This document shows, piece after piece, positions 30,381 to 40,989 of a stretch of DNA of 64,000 nt. The notes beneath the pieces were generated by a model. The model was not told where the DNA came from and did no database searches. It was given only the letters and a program-made list of their open reading frames with translations. Positions within the stretch are counted from its first letter, which is position 1; each line of letters starts with the position of its first letter. The position numbers and the translations under genes are program-made. Origin of the DNA: Halarcobacter sp. (GTDB lineage: Bacteria; Campylobacterota; Campylobacteria; Campylobacterales; Arcobacteraceae); the NCBI GenBank assembly GCA_048571215.1, contig CP182352.1, forward strand, positions 2,496,001-2,560,000. Direction: 5' to 3'.

Positions 30381-31610
30381 ATGTTTTTAGTAAAACGCGA
30401 ATATTTTAACAAAACCTATATTATAAAAGGCTTGATAACTTCATGCTTTTTTAGTGCTTTTATATACTTAAGCTATTTTGGTTTTGAATATAAGCTTTTA
30501 AATACAATTTTAGGGCTTATTACAATATATCTTTTATTGAAAAATGAAAGATTATCTTTATTTTATAGTGGATTTTTTACAGCTATTTTTTGGTTTTATT
30601 GGGTTGGTATTAGTTTTCAATATTACGATTTAACATATCTAAGCCCCCTAATAATCATATTCTTTGGTATTGTTTATGGATTTTTATTTTTATTTATAGC
30701 TTTAATTGATAATTTGTTATTTAGAGTGATTATAATTTTTTTACTCTCATATATTCATCCTTTTGGATTTAATTGGTTTATTCCCGAACTTGTTTTTATA
30801 AATAGTTACATTCCTGTTACAAAAGAACACTTTGCACTTGTTTTGGCTTTAACTTATATGTTCATAAGTTTAAAAAAATGGAAATTTATTGCAATTATTC
30901 CACTTTTTTTCATAACATCTAATACAGGTTTATATATAGATAACCCCCATTTAAAAATTGCAATGCCACAACTAAATACTAAACAAGATTTAAAATGGAT
31001 AAAAAATAACATCTCTACACAAATTCAAATAAATTTTGAATATATAAATAAAGCAATAAAAGATAAAAAAGAGTTAATAATACTTCCAGAAACTGCTTTT
31101 CCTATAGTTTTAAATAAAGACACCTTTGTTTATCATAATCTTCAAATGATGTCTGAAGATATAGATATTATTGTTGGTTCTATTTATTTACAAGAAGAAC
31201 AATACTACAATGCCACGTACTATTTTTCTAAAGGTAAAGTAAAAATTGCAAAAAAAGTGGTATTAGTTCCTTTTGGAGAGAAGATTCCCCTTCCAAAGTT
31301 TTTTGTTGATTTGATAAATAATACCTTTTATAATGGTGCAAAAGATTATGAAAAAGCAAAAAAGCCAACTGATTTTGAGATAAAAGGTATAAAATTTAGA
31401 AATGCCATATGTTATGAAGCTACAAGTGATGAGATTTATCAAAATCTAAACACAGTAAGGTATATGATAGCAACTTCAAATAATGCTTGGTTTACCCCAT
31501 CAATTGAACCCACTTTACAAAAACTACTTTTAAAGTATTATGCTAAGAAGTATGATATAACGATTTTTCACTCAATTAATGGTAGTTCAAACTATATCAT
31601 AAGACCTTAA
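30381..31610 (+). CDS. lnt: Apolipoprotein N-acyltransferase
   Basis: LPETAFP, K..LVPFGE, ICYE, SNNAWF. Confidence 0.92.
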   Translation: MFLVKREYFNKTYIIKGLITSCFFSAFIYLSYFGFEYKLLNTILGLITIYLLLKNERLSLFYSGFFTAIFWFYWVGISFQYYDLTYLSPLIIIFFGIVYGFLFLFIALIDNLLFRVIIIFLLSYIHPFGFNWFIPELVFINSYIPVTKEHFALVLALTYMFISLKKWKFIAIIPLFFITSNTGLYIDNPHLKIAMPQLNTKQDLKWIKNNISTQIQINFEYINKAIKDKKELIILPETAFPIVLNKDTFVYHNLQMMSEDIDIIVGSIYLQEEQYYNATYYFSKGKVKIAKKVVLVPFGEKIPLPKFFVDLINNTFYNGAKDYEKAKKPTDFEIKGIKFRNAICYEATSDEIYQNLNTVRYMIATSNNAWFTPSIEPTLQKLLLKYYAKKYDITIFHSINGSSNYIIRP

Positions 31611-31661
31611 ATTATTTTAAGCTACTATTCTAAAATTATTTATTAAAAAAAGGATTATTTA

Positions 31662-32468
31662 ATGGAAGAATATGCATCTTTGTTTATAAATTTAACAATA
31701 GAATATGCACCAAAACTTGCATTGGCAATTGTTACTTTAGTTTTAGGTTTATGGGCTATTGGTATTGTTGCTACTATTTTAGAAAAAAGTTTAATTACTG
31801 CTAAAACAGATAAAACACTTATCCCGTTTTTAACAAGTCTTACTTCATGGATTTTAAAGATATTGTTATTTATCTCAGTGGCTTCCATGGTAGGTATAGC
31901 AACCACCTCTTTTGTTGCTGTCTTAGGTGCTGCTGGTTTAGCAGTTGGATTGGCGCTACAAGGTTCATTGTCTAACTTTGCTGGGGGAGTTTTACTTTTA
32001 ATCTTTAGACCTTATAAGGTTGGAGATTTAATAGAATCTCAAGGGCATATTGGACGAGTAAAAGAGATACAAATATTTAATACTATTTTGACTACTTTTC
32101 AAAATAAAACTATTATTATTCCTAATTCTGTTGTTTCATCTAACTCAATTGTAAATATTTCTGGAAATGGAACAATAAGAGTAGATATGGAGATAGGTAT
32201 CTCATATGGAAGTGATATAGACAAAGCAAGAGAAGTTATTTTAAGTACAGTTTCTAAAAATGAAAAGGTATTAAAAGATCCTGCATGTGCTGTTGGTGTT
32301 AATGCTTTAGCAGATAGTTCAGTAAATCTACTTGTTATGCCATGGTGTGAAGCAAAAGATTATTGGGATGTTTATTTTGGTGTTAGGGAAGATATCAAAA
32401 AAGCACTAGATGCAAACAAAATCGTTATCCCATTCCCTCAAAGAGATGTACATATTATCAACTCTTAA
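31662..32468 (+). CDS. mscS: Small-conductance mechanosensitive channel
   Basis: GAAGLAVGLALQGSLSNFAGG, RP.KVGD, IPFPQ. Confidence 0.92.
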   Translation: MEEYASLFINLTIEYAPKLALAIVTLVLGLWAIGIVATILEKSLITAKTDKTLIPFLTSLTSWILKILLFISVASMVGIATTSFVAVLGAAGLAVGLALQGSLSNFAGGVLLLIFRPYKVGDLIESQGHIGRVKEIQIFNTILTTFQNKTIIIPNSVVSSNSIVNISGNGTIRVDMEIGISYGSDIDKAREVILSTVSKNEKVLKDPACAVGVNALADSSVNLLVMPWCEAKDYWDVYFGVREDIKKALDANKIVIPFPQRDVHIINS

Positions 32469-32476
32469 ATTATATA

Positions 32477-32498
32477 AAGTAGTCAAAGTGACTACTTT
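32477..32498. terminator. Bidirectional terminator hairpin
   Basis: AAGTAGTCA-aag-TGACTACTT between convergent genes. Confidence 0.6.
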
Positions 32499-33865
32499 AT
32501 AAACTCTTTTTTTACCCTTTTTAGAATCTCTTCTTTTTGTAAGTTTTCATCAATTTGTAGATTTAAAGCAAACTCTAAAACCACTTTAAACTCTTTGCTA
32601 GGTTTCATGCCCAAGGTAATTAAATCCCTTCCTTGTACTAAAGGTTTCAAGCCCTTATTTGAGATATCCATTTCTCTTGCTTTTTCTAAAAGCCAAGTTA
32701 TGGCTTTGTCACATTTATCTTTATCAGGTATTGTTCTACCTTTACAATCACAAAGGCAAACTATACATAAATCTTCAATATTACACTTTAAAGATAGTCT
32801 TTTTACAGCTTTTGTTGAAGAGTCTGCTTTATATAGTTGAAAAGGTGCTAAATGGTTTTTTACTAAAGGGATAATTTTTTCTATAAATTTTTTTTCATCA
32901 CTTAATCTTGATAAAAAACTTATTGTTGGTTCAACTCCTAAACTCTCGTGTTTATGGGATGTAATTTTCCCCTCAATCTCTTTGGTACAAAAAGGTTTTC
33001 CTAAATCATGGCATAAAAGTGCATAGAATAGATATAAATCCCTATAATCATCACCTGTTTTATTTTTTGCCATCTCATCAAGGGTCATCAAAGTATGTAT
33101 CCATACATCACCCTCAGGATGATACTCTTTATCTTGGATGCACCCAACAAGAGCTTTTAATTCTGGAAAATGTTTTAGTATCCCTAGTTCTTTTAAAAGA
33201 TTTAAACCTTTTGAGGGTTTATTTGATTTTAAAAATAGTTTCTTAAACTCTTCAAAAATTCGTTCTTTTGCTAACTCATCAAGTAGATTTTGCTTAGCCA
33301 TATTTTTACAAAGGTTAAAAGTGGTTTTATGAAGAGATAAATCAAATCTAGCACAAAATTGAACTGCTCGATATACTCTTAAACTATCTTCTACAAAAGT
33401 GTCATCTTTTATATGTTTTAAAATACCATTTTTTAAATCTTCTATGCCGTTATTTGGGTCTAAAAACTCTTTTTTAAAATAATCATAGCCTATTGAATTT
33501 ATAGTGAAGTCTCTTCTTAAACTTGCAGTTTTAAAGTCCATATTTGGATTTATACTAACTTCAAAACCTTTATGACCTTGAGATACTTTTTTTTCAGTTC
33601 TTGCTAATGCAAAATCAAAATCATATCCATCTACACTTAGGATTAAAACCCCAAAGGATTTTCCAACTTGTTTTACATTACCAAATTTTTGTAAAGATTT
33701 TTCAACTATATTCAAAGAGTTTATTTTAAAAAGCTCAATATCATAGTCTTTTATAGGAAGATTTAAAAAGTGGTCTCTAACACAACCACCTACAAGTATA
33801 GGTAAGGCACCTATACTTCTAAGTTCATCTAAGATATATTCTAATATCTTAGGTATTTTAATCAT
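32492..33865 (-). CDS. cca: CCA-adding tRNA nucleotidyltransferase with HD domain
   Basis: VGGCVRD..D.D, RRDFTINS, ED.LR..R, HPEGDV..HT, HDLGK; start probably 33865. Confidence 0.92.
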   Translation of the reverse strand: MIKIPKILEYILDELRSIGALPILVGGCVRDHFLNLPIKDYDIELFKINSLNIVEKSLQKFGNVKQVGKSFGVLILSVDGYDFDFALARTEKKVSQGHKGFEVSINPNMDFKTASLRRDFTINSIGYDYFKKEFLDPNNGIEDLKNGILKHIKDDTFVEDSLRVYRAVQFCARFDLSLHKTTFNLCKNMAKQNLLDELAKERIFEEFKKLFLKSNKPSKGLNLLKELGILKHFPELKALVGCIQDKEYHPEGDVWIHTLMTLDEMAKNKTGDDYRDLYLFYALLCHDLGKPFCTKEIEGKITSHKHESLGVEPTISFLSRLSDEKKFIEKIIPLVKNHLAPFQLYKADSSTKAVKRLSLKCNIEDLCIVCLCDCKGRTIPDKDKCDKAITWLLEKAREMDISNKGLKPLVQGRDLITLGMKPSKEFKVVLEFALNLQIDENLQKEEILKRVKKEFIK

Positions 33866-34667
33866 TATTGTAGTGATGAACATCCTGTTGTGGGTAAGGA
33901 ATACTAATCCCCTCTTTATCAAAAGTAGTTTTCACACTTTCAGTTAAAGCAAACTTCACATCCCAATAATCAGGAGTATCAACCCATGCTCTTACTACAA
34001 AATTTACAGAAGAATCAGCTAGTTCTGAAACTGCTACAGTAATCCCCTTATCTTGTAAAACTCTAGAATCAGCTTTTACAATCTCATTTAATAGATCTTT
34101 TGCCTTTTTAATATCATCATCATATGAGATACCAACCACTAAGTCAACTCTTCTTTGAGGTTTTGCATTTACATTTGTGATAGTACCACCAGTAACAGTA
34201 CCATTAGGAATTATGATTTTTTGATTATCAGGTGTTCTTAAAATAGTATTGAAAATAGAAACCTCTTCAACAGTACCAGAAACACCTCCAGCATTAATAT
34301 AATCACCTACATGAAAAGGTCTAAACATAATAATCATAACACCAGAAGCTAAGTTTCCTAAAGAATCTTTTAATGCTAAACCAATAGCAAGACCAGCTGC
34401 ACCTAAGATGGCAAAGAATGATGTTGTATCCACACCTAACTGTTTTACAGAAGTTAAAATTACAACTATCATTAAAACATAATAAATGATATCATCTAAA
34501 AAGTTTGCCAATGTATCATCAATTCTTTCATTTCTCAACATTAACTTATGAGCAATATCAGTAACTTTTCTTGCTATCCATTTACCTATAAAAAATATTA
34601 CAATTGCTGTTGCAATATTTAAAGCATAAAGTCCAATCATATCTGAAACAGTTTGTACACTATCCAT
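33858..34667 (-). CDS. mscS: Small-conductance mechanosensitive channel (paralogue)
   Basis: GAAGLAIGLALK.SL.N.ASG, IPYPQ. Confidence 0.92.
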   Translation of the reverse strand: MDSVQTVSDMIGLYALNIATAIVIFFIGKWIARKVTDIAHKLMLRNERIDDTLANFLDDIIYYVLMIVVILTSVKQLGVDTTSFFAILGAAGLAIGLALKDSLGNLASGVMIIMFRPFHVGDYINAGGVSGTVEEVSIFNTILRTPDNQKIIIPNGTVTGGTITNVNAKPQRRVDLVVGISYDDDIKKAKDLLNEIVKADSRVLQDKGITVAVSELADSSVNFVVRAWVDTPDYWDVKFALTESVKTTFDKEGISIPYPQQDVHHYNND

Positions 34668-34718
34668 CTTTTCTCCTAATAATTTTAGAAATTATAACAA
34701 AAATATATTTACAAAGTA

Positions 34719-36440
34719 CTATTTTAATTTATCAAATAATACTTGTGTAACTCTTTTGATATCAACCTCTTGTTTTTCTAAGGTTTTTCTATCTACAAGT
34801 TCAACTAAACCATCGCTTAATTTTTTCCCTACAACTATCGCATAAGGGAAACCAATAAGTTCAAAATCACCCATTTTAAACCCAAATCTTGCATTTTTTC
34901 TATCATCAATTATCGAATCAACACCAAGGGCTTTTAAATCTTCATAAATTTTCATTCCAGCTGCTAACTCTTCATCTTTTTTTGCATTTGATACAATAAT
35001 ATCTACTACAAAGGGAGCTGTTTCTTTTGTCCAGATTGCACCTTTATCATCATGGTTTTGTTCAATTACAGCAGCAACAAGTCTTGAAACACCAATTCCA
35101 TAAGTTCCCATAATAAATGGTTTTGATTTTCCATTTTCATCTAAAAAATTTGCTTCTAAAGGTTCAGAGTATTTTGTACCTAATTGAAAAATATGTCCAA
35201 CTTCTATCCCTTTTGTATAAGATAAAGACTCTCCACAACAAGGGCATTTATCCCCTTCTTGCACTGCTATAAGATCAAAATATTTTGCATCTTTTAAAGA
35301 AGAAAGATCTGTACCAATAAAATGATAGTCTTCCTCATTTGCTCCACAAATAAGTCCTATCTCATTTTCTAATTCTAAATCAATAACAAAATTAATACCT
35401 TGAGGTAAACCAAATGGACCACAATATCCTGCAACCAATTCTGCATCTTTAATCTCAACTTCATTTGCATCTGCTAAAGCTAAAGCATTTACTGCATTAC
35501 AAGCTTTAGTCTCTTCAAGTTCATCATTTCCTCTTATAAAGAAAACTACTATTTCCTCTTTTTCATCATATATTGCTTTTTTTATAACTGCTTTTATTGA
35601 TTGTGATTGAGAAACACTTAAAAAATTTGAAACATCTTCAATAGTTTTCATCCCCTTAGTTTCAACTTTCTCTTTTACTATATGAGTATTAGTAGTCTCT
35701 TGCCAGTTTGGAATTTGTTTTTTTGCCCTTGTTGCAGCTTCTATATTCGCTCCATAATCACATTTTGAGCATACAACCAAAGTATCTTCTCCACTATTTG
35801 CCAAAACCATAAACTCTTTTGAACCACTTCCACCAATAGCGCCGCTATCAGCAGCAACTACTCTAAACTCTAATCCAAGTCTTGTGTAAATTTTTTTATA
35901 AGTCTCTTCCATAAGATTAAATTCTCTTATTAAATCTTCATGACTTGAATGAAAAGAGTAAGAATCTTTCATCAAAAACTCTCTTCCTCTCATAAGACCA
36001 AATCTAGGTCTTGCTTCATCTCTAAATTTTGTATTGATTTGGTATAGATGTACAGGTAAATTTTTATAAGATGTTACTCTATTTTTTACTAAATTTACCA
36101 TTGCTTCTTCATTTGTAGGACTTAAAACAAAATCACCATTTTTTCTATCTTTTATTCTAAGCATCTCTAGTCCCATCTTAGAAGCTCTTCCACTCTCTTC
36201 CCATAGAGATAAAGGAGTTATAAAAGATAATTGAACCTCATTTAATCCTGCATCATCTAACTCTTCTTTCACTATTGTTCTAATCTTATCAAGAACAATT
36301 TTACCAAGGGGTAAAAAATTATATAAACCAGAACCCTCTTGGTTTATAAATCCACCTCTTACTAAAAATTGATGAGATGGTAAAGTTGCATCATTTGGTG
36401 TTTCTTTTGTTGTTGGTATAAACATTTGAGAAAATTTCAT
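34719..36440 (-). CDS. proS: Proline-tRNA ligase
   Basis: [37 protein letters not shown]. Confidence 0.98.
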   Translation of the reverse strand: MKFSQMFIPTTKETPNDATLPSHQFLVRGGFINQEGSGLYNFLPLGKIVLDKIRTIVKEELDDAGLNEVQLSFITPLSLWEESGRASKMGLEMLRIKDRKNGDFVLSPTNEEAMVNLVKNRVTSYKNLPVHLYQINTKFRDEARPRFGLMRGREFLMKDSYSFHSSHEDLIREFNLMEETYKKIYTRLGLEFRVVAADSGAIGGSGSKEFMVLANSGEDTLVVCSKCDYGANIEAATRAKKQIPNWQETTNTHIVKEKVETKGMKTIEDVSNFLSVSQSQSIKAVIKKAIYDEKEEIVVFFIRGNDELEETKACNAVNALALADANEVEIKDAELVAGYCGPFGLPQGINFVIDLELENEIGLICGANEEDYHFIGTDLSSLKDAKYFDLIAVQEGDKCPCCGESLSYTKGIEVGHIFQLGTKYSEPLEANFLDENGKSKPFIMGTYGIGVSRLVAAVIEQNHDDKGAIWTKETAPFVVDIIVSNAKKDEELAAGMKIYEDLKALGVDSIIDDRKNARFGFKMGDFELIGFPYAIVVGKKLSDGLVELVDRKTLEKQEVDIKRVTQVLFDKLK

Positions 36441-36442
36441 AT

Positions 36443-37753
36443 TTAGCTATCCTGTTGATTGATTTTAAGTACATGATCGCACTTATATTTATTTACAAAG
36501 TTTGTTTCTGAGGTAAATCCAAATATTGATTGTATTGTTCCTACAACCACATCACACTCCATATCTTTAGAGATACCTTTTAGGGTAGTTGATGGTTTGT
36601 GTAGATATTCTGTTAAGACTGTTTGACAAAGCTTTTTTATATTTTTTTCATCACTTGCACTAATAAAACCTTTATTAATTGCATTTTTTAACTTTTTGTC
36701 AATAATATCTTCCCCTCTTAGATACATATTTTTTATAACTGGCTCAATCTCCAAAGATTTTAACCACTCAAAAAACTCCAATGACATTTTATTTACTATT
36801 GAATATGCCATCTTTGCTTGTTTTGCTCTTTGAGTCATATTACTATCAACAATATCTTGTAAATCATCAACCGAATATATCATTAGATTAGATGATTCAA
36901 TATCATCAATATCTCTTGGTACTGCTATATCAAACCAATATCTATCGAAAGAACACTCATGGGTTAAATCTTTGGTTATTATTGGATATGGAGCTGCTGT
37001 TGCTGTTATCATCACTGGTATCTCATTTAAAAGTTTTTCCAAATTTGAATAATCTGAAACTTGAATATAGTCTTCAAAGGTATCAGCAAGAATTGTAGCT
37101 TTTTTCAAATCTCTACTTGTTAAAACTACATCAAAACCAGAAGACAAAAGATGTTTTATAGTAAGTTCACTCATCTCACCTGCACCAATCACAAGAGCTT
37201 TAACTCCTCTTGTATCTCCTATAATTTCTTTTGCTTTTGCAACTGCTGTACTTGCAACTGAAACTGAACCTGTACCTAAACTTGTTGCATTTCTAACTGC
37301 TGCCGCACATTTAAAAGAGTAGTGTAATGCCCGAGGAAGTTTTTGTTCACAATAGTTTTTAGCTAATGAAAATCTAAATGCATCTTTTAACTGCCCCACT
37401 ATTTGTGTCTCTCCAATAACTAAAGAATCTAAAGCAGAGGCAACTGAAAAGAGATGGTGTATCGCCCCATCATCTTCGTATATATCTGCTCTATCATATA
37501 ACTCTTCAAACTCTATTGTAGAATAAGCGGCTAATTTTTGAATAATCTCTCTTGCAGCTTTTTTTGTGTGAGGGGTTGTTGTAATAATCTCAACCCTATT
37601 ACATGTAGATAAAAGTATAGCCTCTGTTACAAGCTTCTCTTCTAACATCTGTTTTAAAAACCTATCTTTATTCTCTTCGTTTGGAAATGCTAACTTTTCT
37701 CTTGTCTGAATATCTATATTTTTGTGAGAAAAACTTATTACTAAATAACTCAT
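36443..37753 (-). CDS. hemA: Glutamyl-tRNA reductase
   Basis: STCNRVE, LDS..GE.QI.GQ, GAGEM, DIAVPRD. Confidence 0.97.
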   Translation of the reverse strand: MSYLVISFSHKNIDIQTREKLAFPNEENKDRFLKQMLEEKLVTEAILLSTCNRVEIITTTPHTKKAAREIIQKLAAYSTIEFEELYDRADIYEDDGAIHHLFSVASALDSLVIGETQIVGQLKDAFRFSLAKNYCEQKLPRALHYSFKCAAAVRNATSLGTGSVSVASTAVAKAKEIIGDTRGVKALVIGAGEMSELTIKHLLSSGFDVVLTSRDLKKATILADTFEDYIQVSDYSNLEKLLNEIPVMITATAAPYPIITKDLTHECSFDRYWFDIAVPRDIDDIESSNLMIYSVDDLQDIVDSNMTQRAKQAKMAYSIVNKMSLEFFEWLKSLEIEPVIKNMYLRGEDIIDKKLKNAINKGFISASDEKNIKKLCQTVLTEYLHKPSTTLKGISKDMECDVVVGTIQSIFGFTSETNFVNKYKCDHVLKINQQDS

Positions 37754-37756
37754 TAA

Positions 37757-38695
37757 TTAAAACTCTCTATCAATCATAGCACTCATTATTTGCACAAGTG
37801 CTTCATTATTATTTGATGAACCTTCTTCTGAGTTTTTATCAGAAGAATCCTTCTGCTCTTTTACAGCTTCAATAGCTTCTAAACCTAATTTTTTTGCTTC
37901 ATTTATAGAATCTTCCAATGCTTTTGTTTGAACCATCTGCTCTTTTATCCAAGATGAATCCTCATCACTTAAAGGCTTTTTATATAAAGACTCTAACCTT
38001 TGTTTATCTTCAATTCTTTGATGCAATAGTAGATATGGAATAGTAACTTTTCCTTCTACAAAATCTAAAAGTGCTGGCTTACCTAAGGTCTTACTATCTT
38101 GTGTAATATCTAAAATATCATCAATCATTTGAAAAGCAAGTCCTAGATTTTTACCATATAAAGCAAATTTATCCTTATCAAGTCCCGCTAAAATAGCTGC
38201 ACTTTTAGCACTAGCTTCTATTAGTGATGCAGTTTTTTTATAAATCATATCTAGATATTTATCATATGAGGTATTGAACTCTTGGGTTAAATCAACATCC
38301 AACATCTCACCAATACTAAGTAGTGTTACTGCATTTGATACTATATATGCAACTTCTCTATGCATTTGTGATAATTCAGCAAAAGCTTTTGAATATAAAA
38401 TATCCCCAAACATAATTGAGGTTTTATTATCAAAAATTGCATTTATAGAGGGTTTACCCCTTCTTGTATCTGCCTCATCTATAACATCATCATGTAAAAG
38501 TGAAGCTGCATGAATCATCTCAACTATAGCACAAAGCTTTATTGTCTGTTCATTTACTCCAGCAATTTTCAAAATAAGCTTACTTCTTAACATCTTACCT
38601 GTTGCTAGAAGATCAAGAAGTTTTAAACTCTTTTCATCATCACACTCTTTAACAAAACTTTTAATCTGTTCTTTTACTTGAACTAATTCTTCCAT
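37757..38695 (-). CDS. ispB: Polyprenyl diphosphate synthase (IspB-like)
   Basis: GK..R, HDDVID..RRG, KTA, FQ..DD.LD. Confidence 0.88.
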   Translation of the reverse strand: MEELVQVKEQIKSFVKECDDEKSLKLLDLLATGKMLRSKLILKIAGVNEQTIKLCAIVEMIHAASLLHDDVIDEADTRRGKPSINAIFDNKTSIMFGDILYSKAFAELSQMHREVAYIVSNAVTLLSIGEMLDVDLTQEFNTSYDKYLDMIYKKTASLIEASAKSAAILAGLDKDKFALYGKNLGLAFQMIDDILDITQDSKTLGKPALLDFVEGKVTIPYLLLHQRIEDKQRLESLYKKPLSDEDSSWIKEQMVQTKALEDSINEAKKLGLEAIEAVKEQKDSSDKNSEEGSSNNNEALVQIMSAMIDREF

Positions 38696-38716
38696 TTTCC
38701 ACTTTTCATTTTTTAT

Positions 38717-39013
38717 TTAACTATCTAATCTACAAACAATATCACCAGTCAACTCAATGTAAAGACCTTTTTTCATCTCTTCAACCTCTTCCATATTTTC
38801 AAAAACATATTGCTTGATAAGTTTATTGATATCAAAATCAACATCTTTGTCTTTTGATAAAAGTATCTCCATAACAGCTACTTTTTCTAAAAGTTTATCA
38901 AATTCATCTTCAACAATTTCATTATTTGCTTGTCTACTTATATCAAAATATTTTGATTTTGGGCTTCCTACAAAAATATCATCTTCATCTTCTAAAAACC
39001 AATCTTTAGCCAT
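38717..39013 (-). CDS. Conserved hypothetical protein (DUF2018-like)
   Basis: DIF.GSPKSK.FDI motif; RBS AGGAG before ATG at 39013. Confidence 0.7.
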   Translation of the reverse strand: MAKDWFLEDEDDIFVGSPKSKYFDISRQANNEIVEDEFDKLLEKVAVMEILLSKDKDVDFDINKLIKQYVFENMEEVEEMKKGLYIELTGDIVCRLDS

Positions 39014-39113
39014 ATTATTTACTCCTTTAAAATGCCCCATTTTAATATTTTATAACTTCTTTTAACAAATTAGCAAAGCTAATCTTAAAGAAACAAACTC
39101 TAACGAGTTGTTC

Positions 39114-40409
39114 TTAATCTTCTAATCTAACCCTAACCGATTTGGCATGGGCTGTTAAGCCCTCTGTATCAGCTAATAATGCACACGCTTCTCCCAACTC
39201 ATCAATTGCTTGTTTTGAGAAGTTTATTATTGAACTTTTTTTCATAAAATTTTCAACATTTAAAGGACTATAAAATTTAGCAGTACTTCCTGTTGGTAAG
39301 GTATGGTTTGGACCAGCTATATAATCACCTATTGGTTCAGGTGTATTTTCCCCTAAGAAAATTGCCCCAGCGTGTTTTATTTTTGGTAAAAGTTCAAATG
39401 GATTTTGTGTCATCACCTCTAAGTGTTCAGGAGCTATTTCATTCATAAGCTCTATTGCTTCATCCATTGATTGGGCAACAATTATAGCTCCCCTATCATC
39501 TATAGATTTTCTTGCAATTGTTTCTCTACTTAATGTTTTAAGATAGTTTTCAACCTCATCACTTGTATATTTTGCTATCTCTTCGCAAGTTGTAATCATA
39601 ATTGAACTTGCCATTTCATCATGTTCTGCTTGAGATAATAAATCAATAGCTAAATATTTTGCTTTTGCACTTCCATCAGCTAAAATCCCTATTTCAGAAG
39701 GTCCTGCAATCATATCAATATGAACCTCTCCAAAAACTAATTTTTTAGCTGTTGCTACAAAAATATTTCCAGGTCCCGTAATAACATCAACCTTAGGAAT
39801 AGTTTGTGTTCCATAAGCCATAGCTGCAATTGCACTAGCTCCTCCTACTTTATATGCTTTGCTTATATTACAAATATAACAGGCTGCAAGTAGAAGTTCA
39901 TTTATCTCATTATTTGGAGTAGGAGTACATACAACTATCTCTTCAACTCCTGCAACTATTGCTGGTATTGCATTCATAAGTAAACTACTTGGATATGCAG
40001 CTTTCCCCCCAGGGATATAAAGACCTGCTTTATCTACGGCAGTTACCTTTTGACCTAAAATTGTCCCATTTTTTTCAAAATCAACCCATGATTTCGGAAG
40101 TTGTTTTTCATGATAAGATTTAATTCTATCATATGCTGTATGTAGTGCAGTTCTTAAGTTCTCATCAATATTTTCATAAGCTGCTTTCATATCCTCTTTT
40201 GATATCATCAACTCATCATCACTTTTAACTTCCCATTTATCAAACTTTTCAATATGAGATTTTAAAGCTTCATTTCCATTTTCAACTATCTCATCAATTA
40301 TAGTTGTAACAATTTTTGAAACATCTTTTATATCTGTTTTTGCTCTTGCTAAAATAGCTTCAAACTCCATATTAAAGTTTGCATCATTTGTATTTAAAAT
40401 CTTCATCAA
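39114..40409 (-). CDS. hisD: Histidinol dehydrogenase
   Basis: GLYIPGG, GPGN, AGPSE, QAEH, APEHL, GPNH.LPT. Confidence 0.98.
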   Translation of the reverse strand: MMKILNTNDANFNMEFEAILARAKTDIKDVSKIVTTIIDEIVENGNEALKSHIEKFDKWEVKSDDELMISKEDMKAAYENIDENLRTALHTAYDRIKSYHEKQLPKSWVDFEKNGTILGQKVTAVDKAGLYIPGGKAAYPSSLLMNAIPAIVAGVEEIVVCTPTPNNEINELLLAACYICNISKAYKVGGASAIAAMAYGTQTIPKVDVITGPGNIFVATAKKLVFGEVHIDMIAGPSEIGILADGSAKAKYLAIDLLSQAEHDEMASSIMITTCEEIAKYTSDEVENYLKTLSRETIARKSIDDRGAIIVAQSMDEAIELMNEIAPEHLEVMTQNPFELLPKIKHAGAIFLGENTPEPIGDYIAGPNHTLPTGSTAKFYSPLNVENFMKKSSIINFSKQAIDELGEACALLADTEGLTAHAKSVRVRLED

Positions 40410-40918
40410 ATCTTTCCTAATATCTCTTTTATAATATCTTCTATATCTTTTTTTTCAACATTTACAACACAATCAGCAACATCTTTGTAATCTTCAATTC
40501 TTTGATTATAAATCTTTAATGCTTCATTTAAGTTTTGTAATAAAGGTCTTTTTCTTAATTTTCCTTGTGCGTTTGGTGCGCTATGAATTCTATTTAAAAT
40601 TCCTTGGAAGCTAGATTCTAGATATACTACTTTCCCAATTTCATGGATATTTTTTTGTTTAAAAAAACCTCCACCTGTTGAGATAATTGTATTATCAACA
40701 TTTTTTTCCAACCATAAAGCGCACTTTTTTTCTAAGTTTCGAAAGTAGGTTTCACCCTCATCTTTAAAAATCTTTTTAATTTTTTTGTTTTCAACACTCT
40801 CTATTAAATCATCTGTGTCTATGGCAAAATAGTCAGTTGCTTTTACTAAAGCCCTAGCAACTGTTCCTTTACCAACACCCATAAAACCTATTAAAATAAT
40901 ATTATTTTTTTTACTCAA
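40406..40918 (-). CDS. aroK: Shikimate kinase
   Basis: GFMGVGK, GE.YFR..E, STGGG, RPL. Confidence 0.93.
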   Translation of the reverse strand: MSKKNNIILIGFMGVGKGTVARALVKATDYFAIDTDDLIESVENKKIKKIFKDEGETYFRNLEKKCALWLEKNVDNTIISTGGGFFKQKNIHEIGKVVYLESSFQGILNRIHSAPNAQGKLRKRPLLQNLNEALKIYNQRIEDYKDVADCVVNVEKKDIEDIIKEILGKI

Positions 40919-40989
40919 ACTAGTTTCCTATTGTGATAAATCTAAGGATTATATCTAAATTTTGGTAAAACTTTTTATGAAATAAGATT

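Noticed and set aside
31662..34667. Two convergent mscS paralogues flanking cca as an invertible or duplicated unit
   Set aside because: The paralogues are well diverged and I saw no flanking DNA repeats.
37805..37860. Ser/Asn/Glu-rich insertion near the IspB C-terminus
   Set aside because: In-frame low-complexity loop with no sign of a mobile element or intein.
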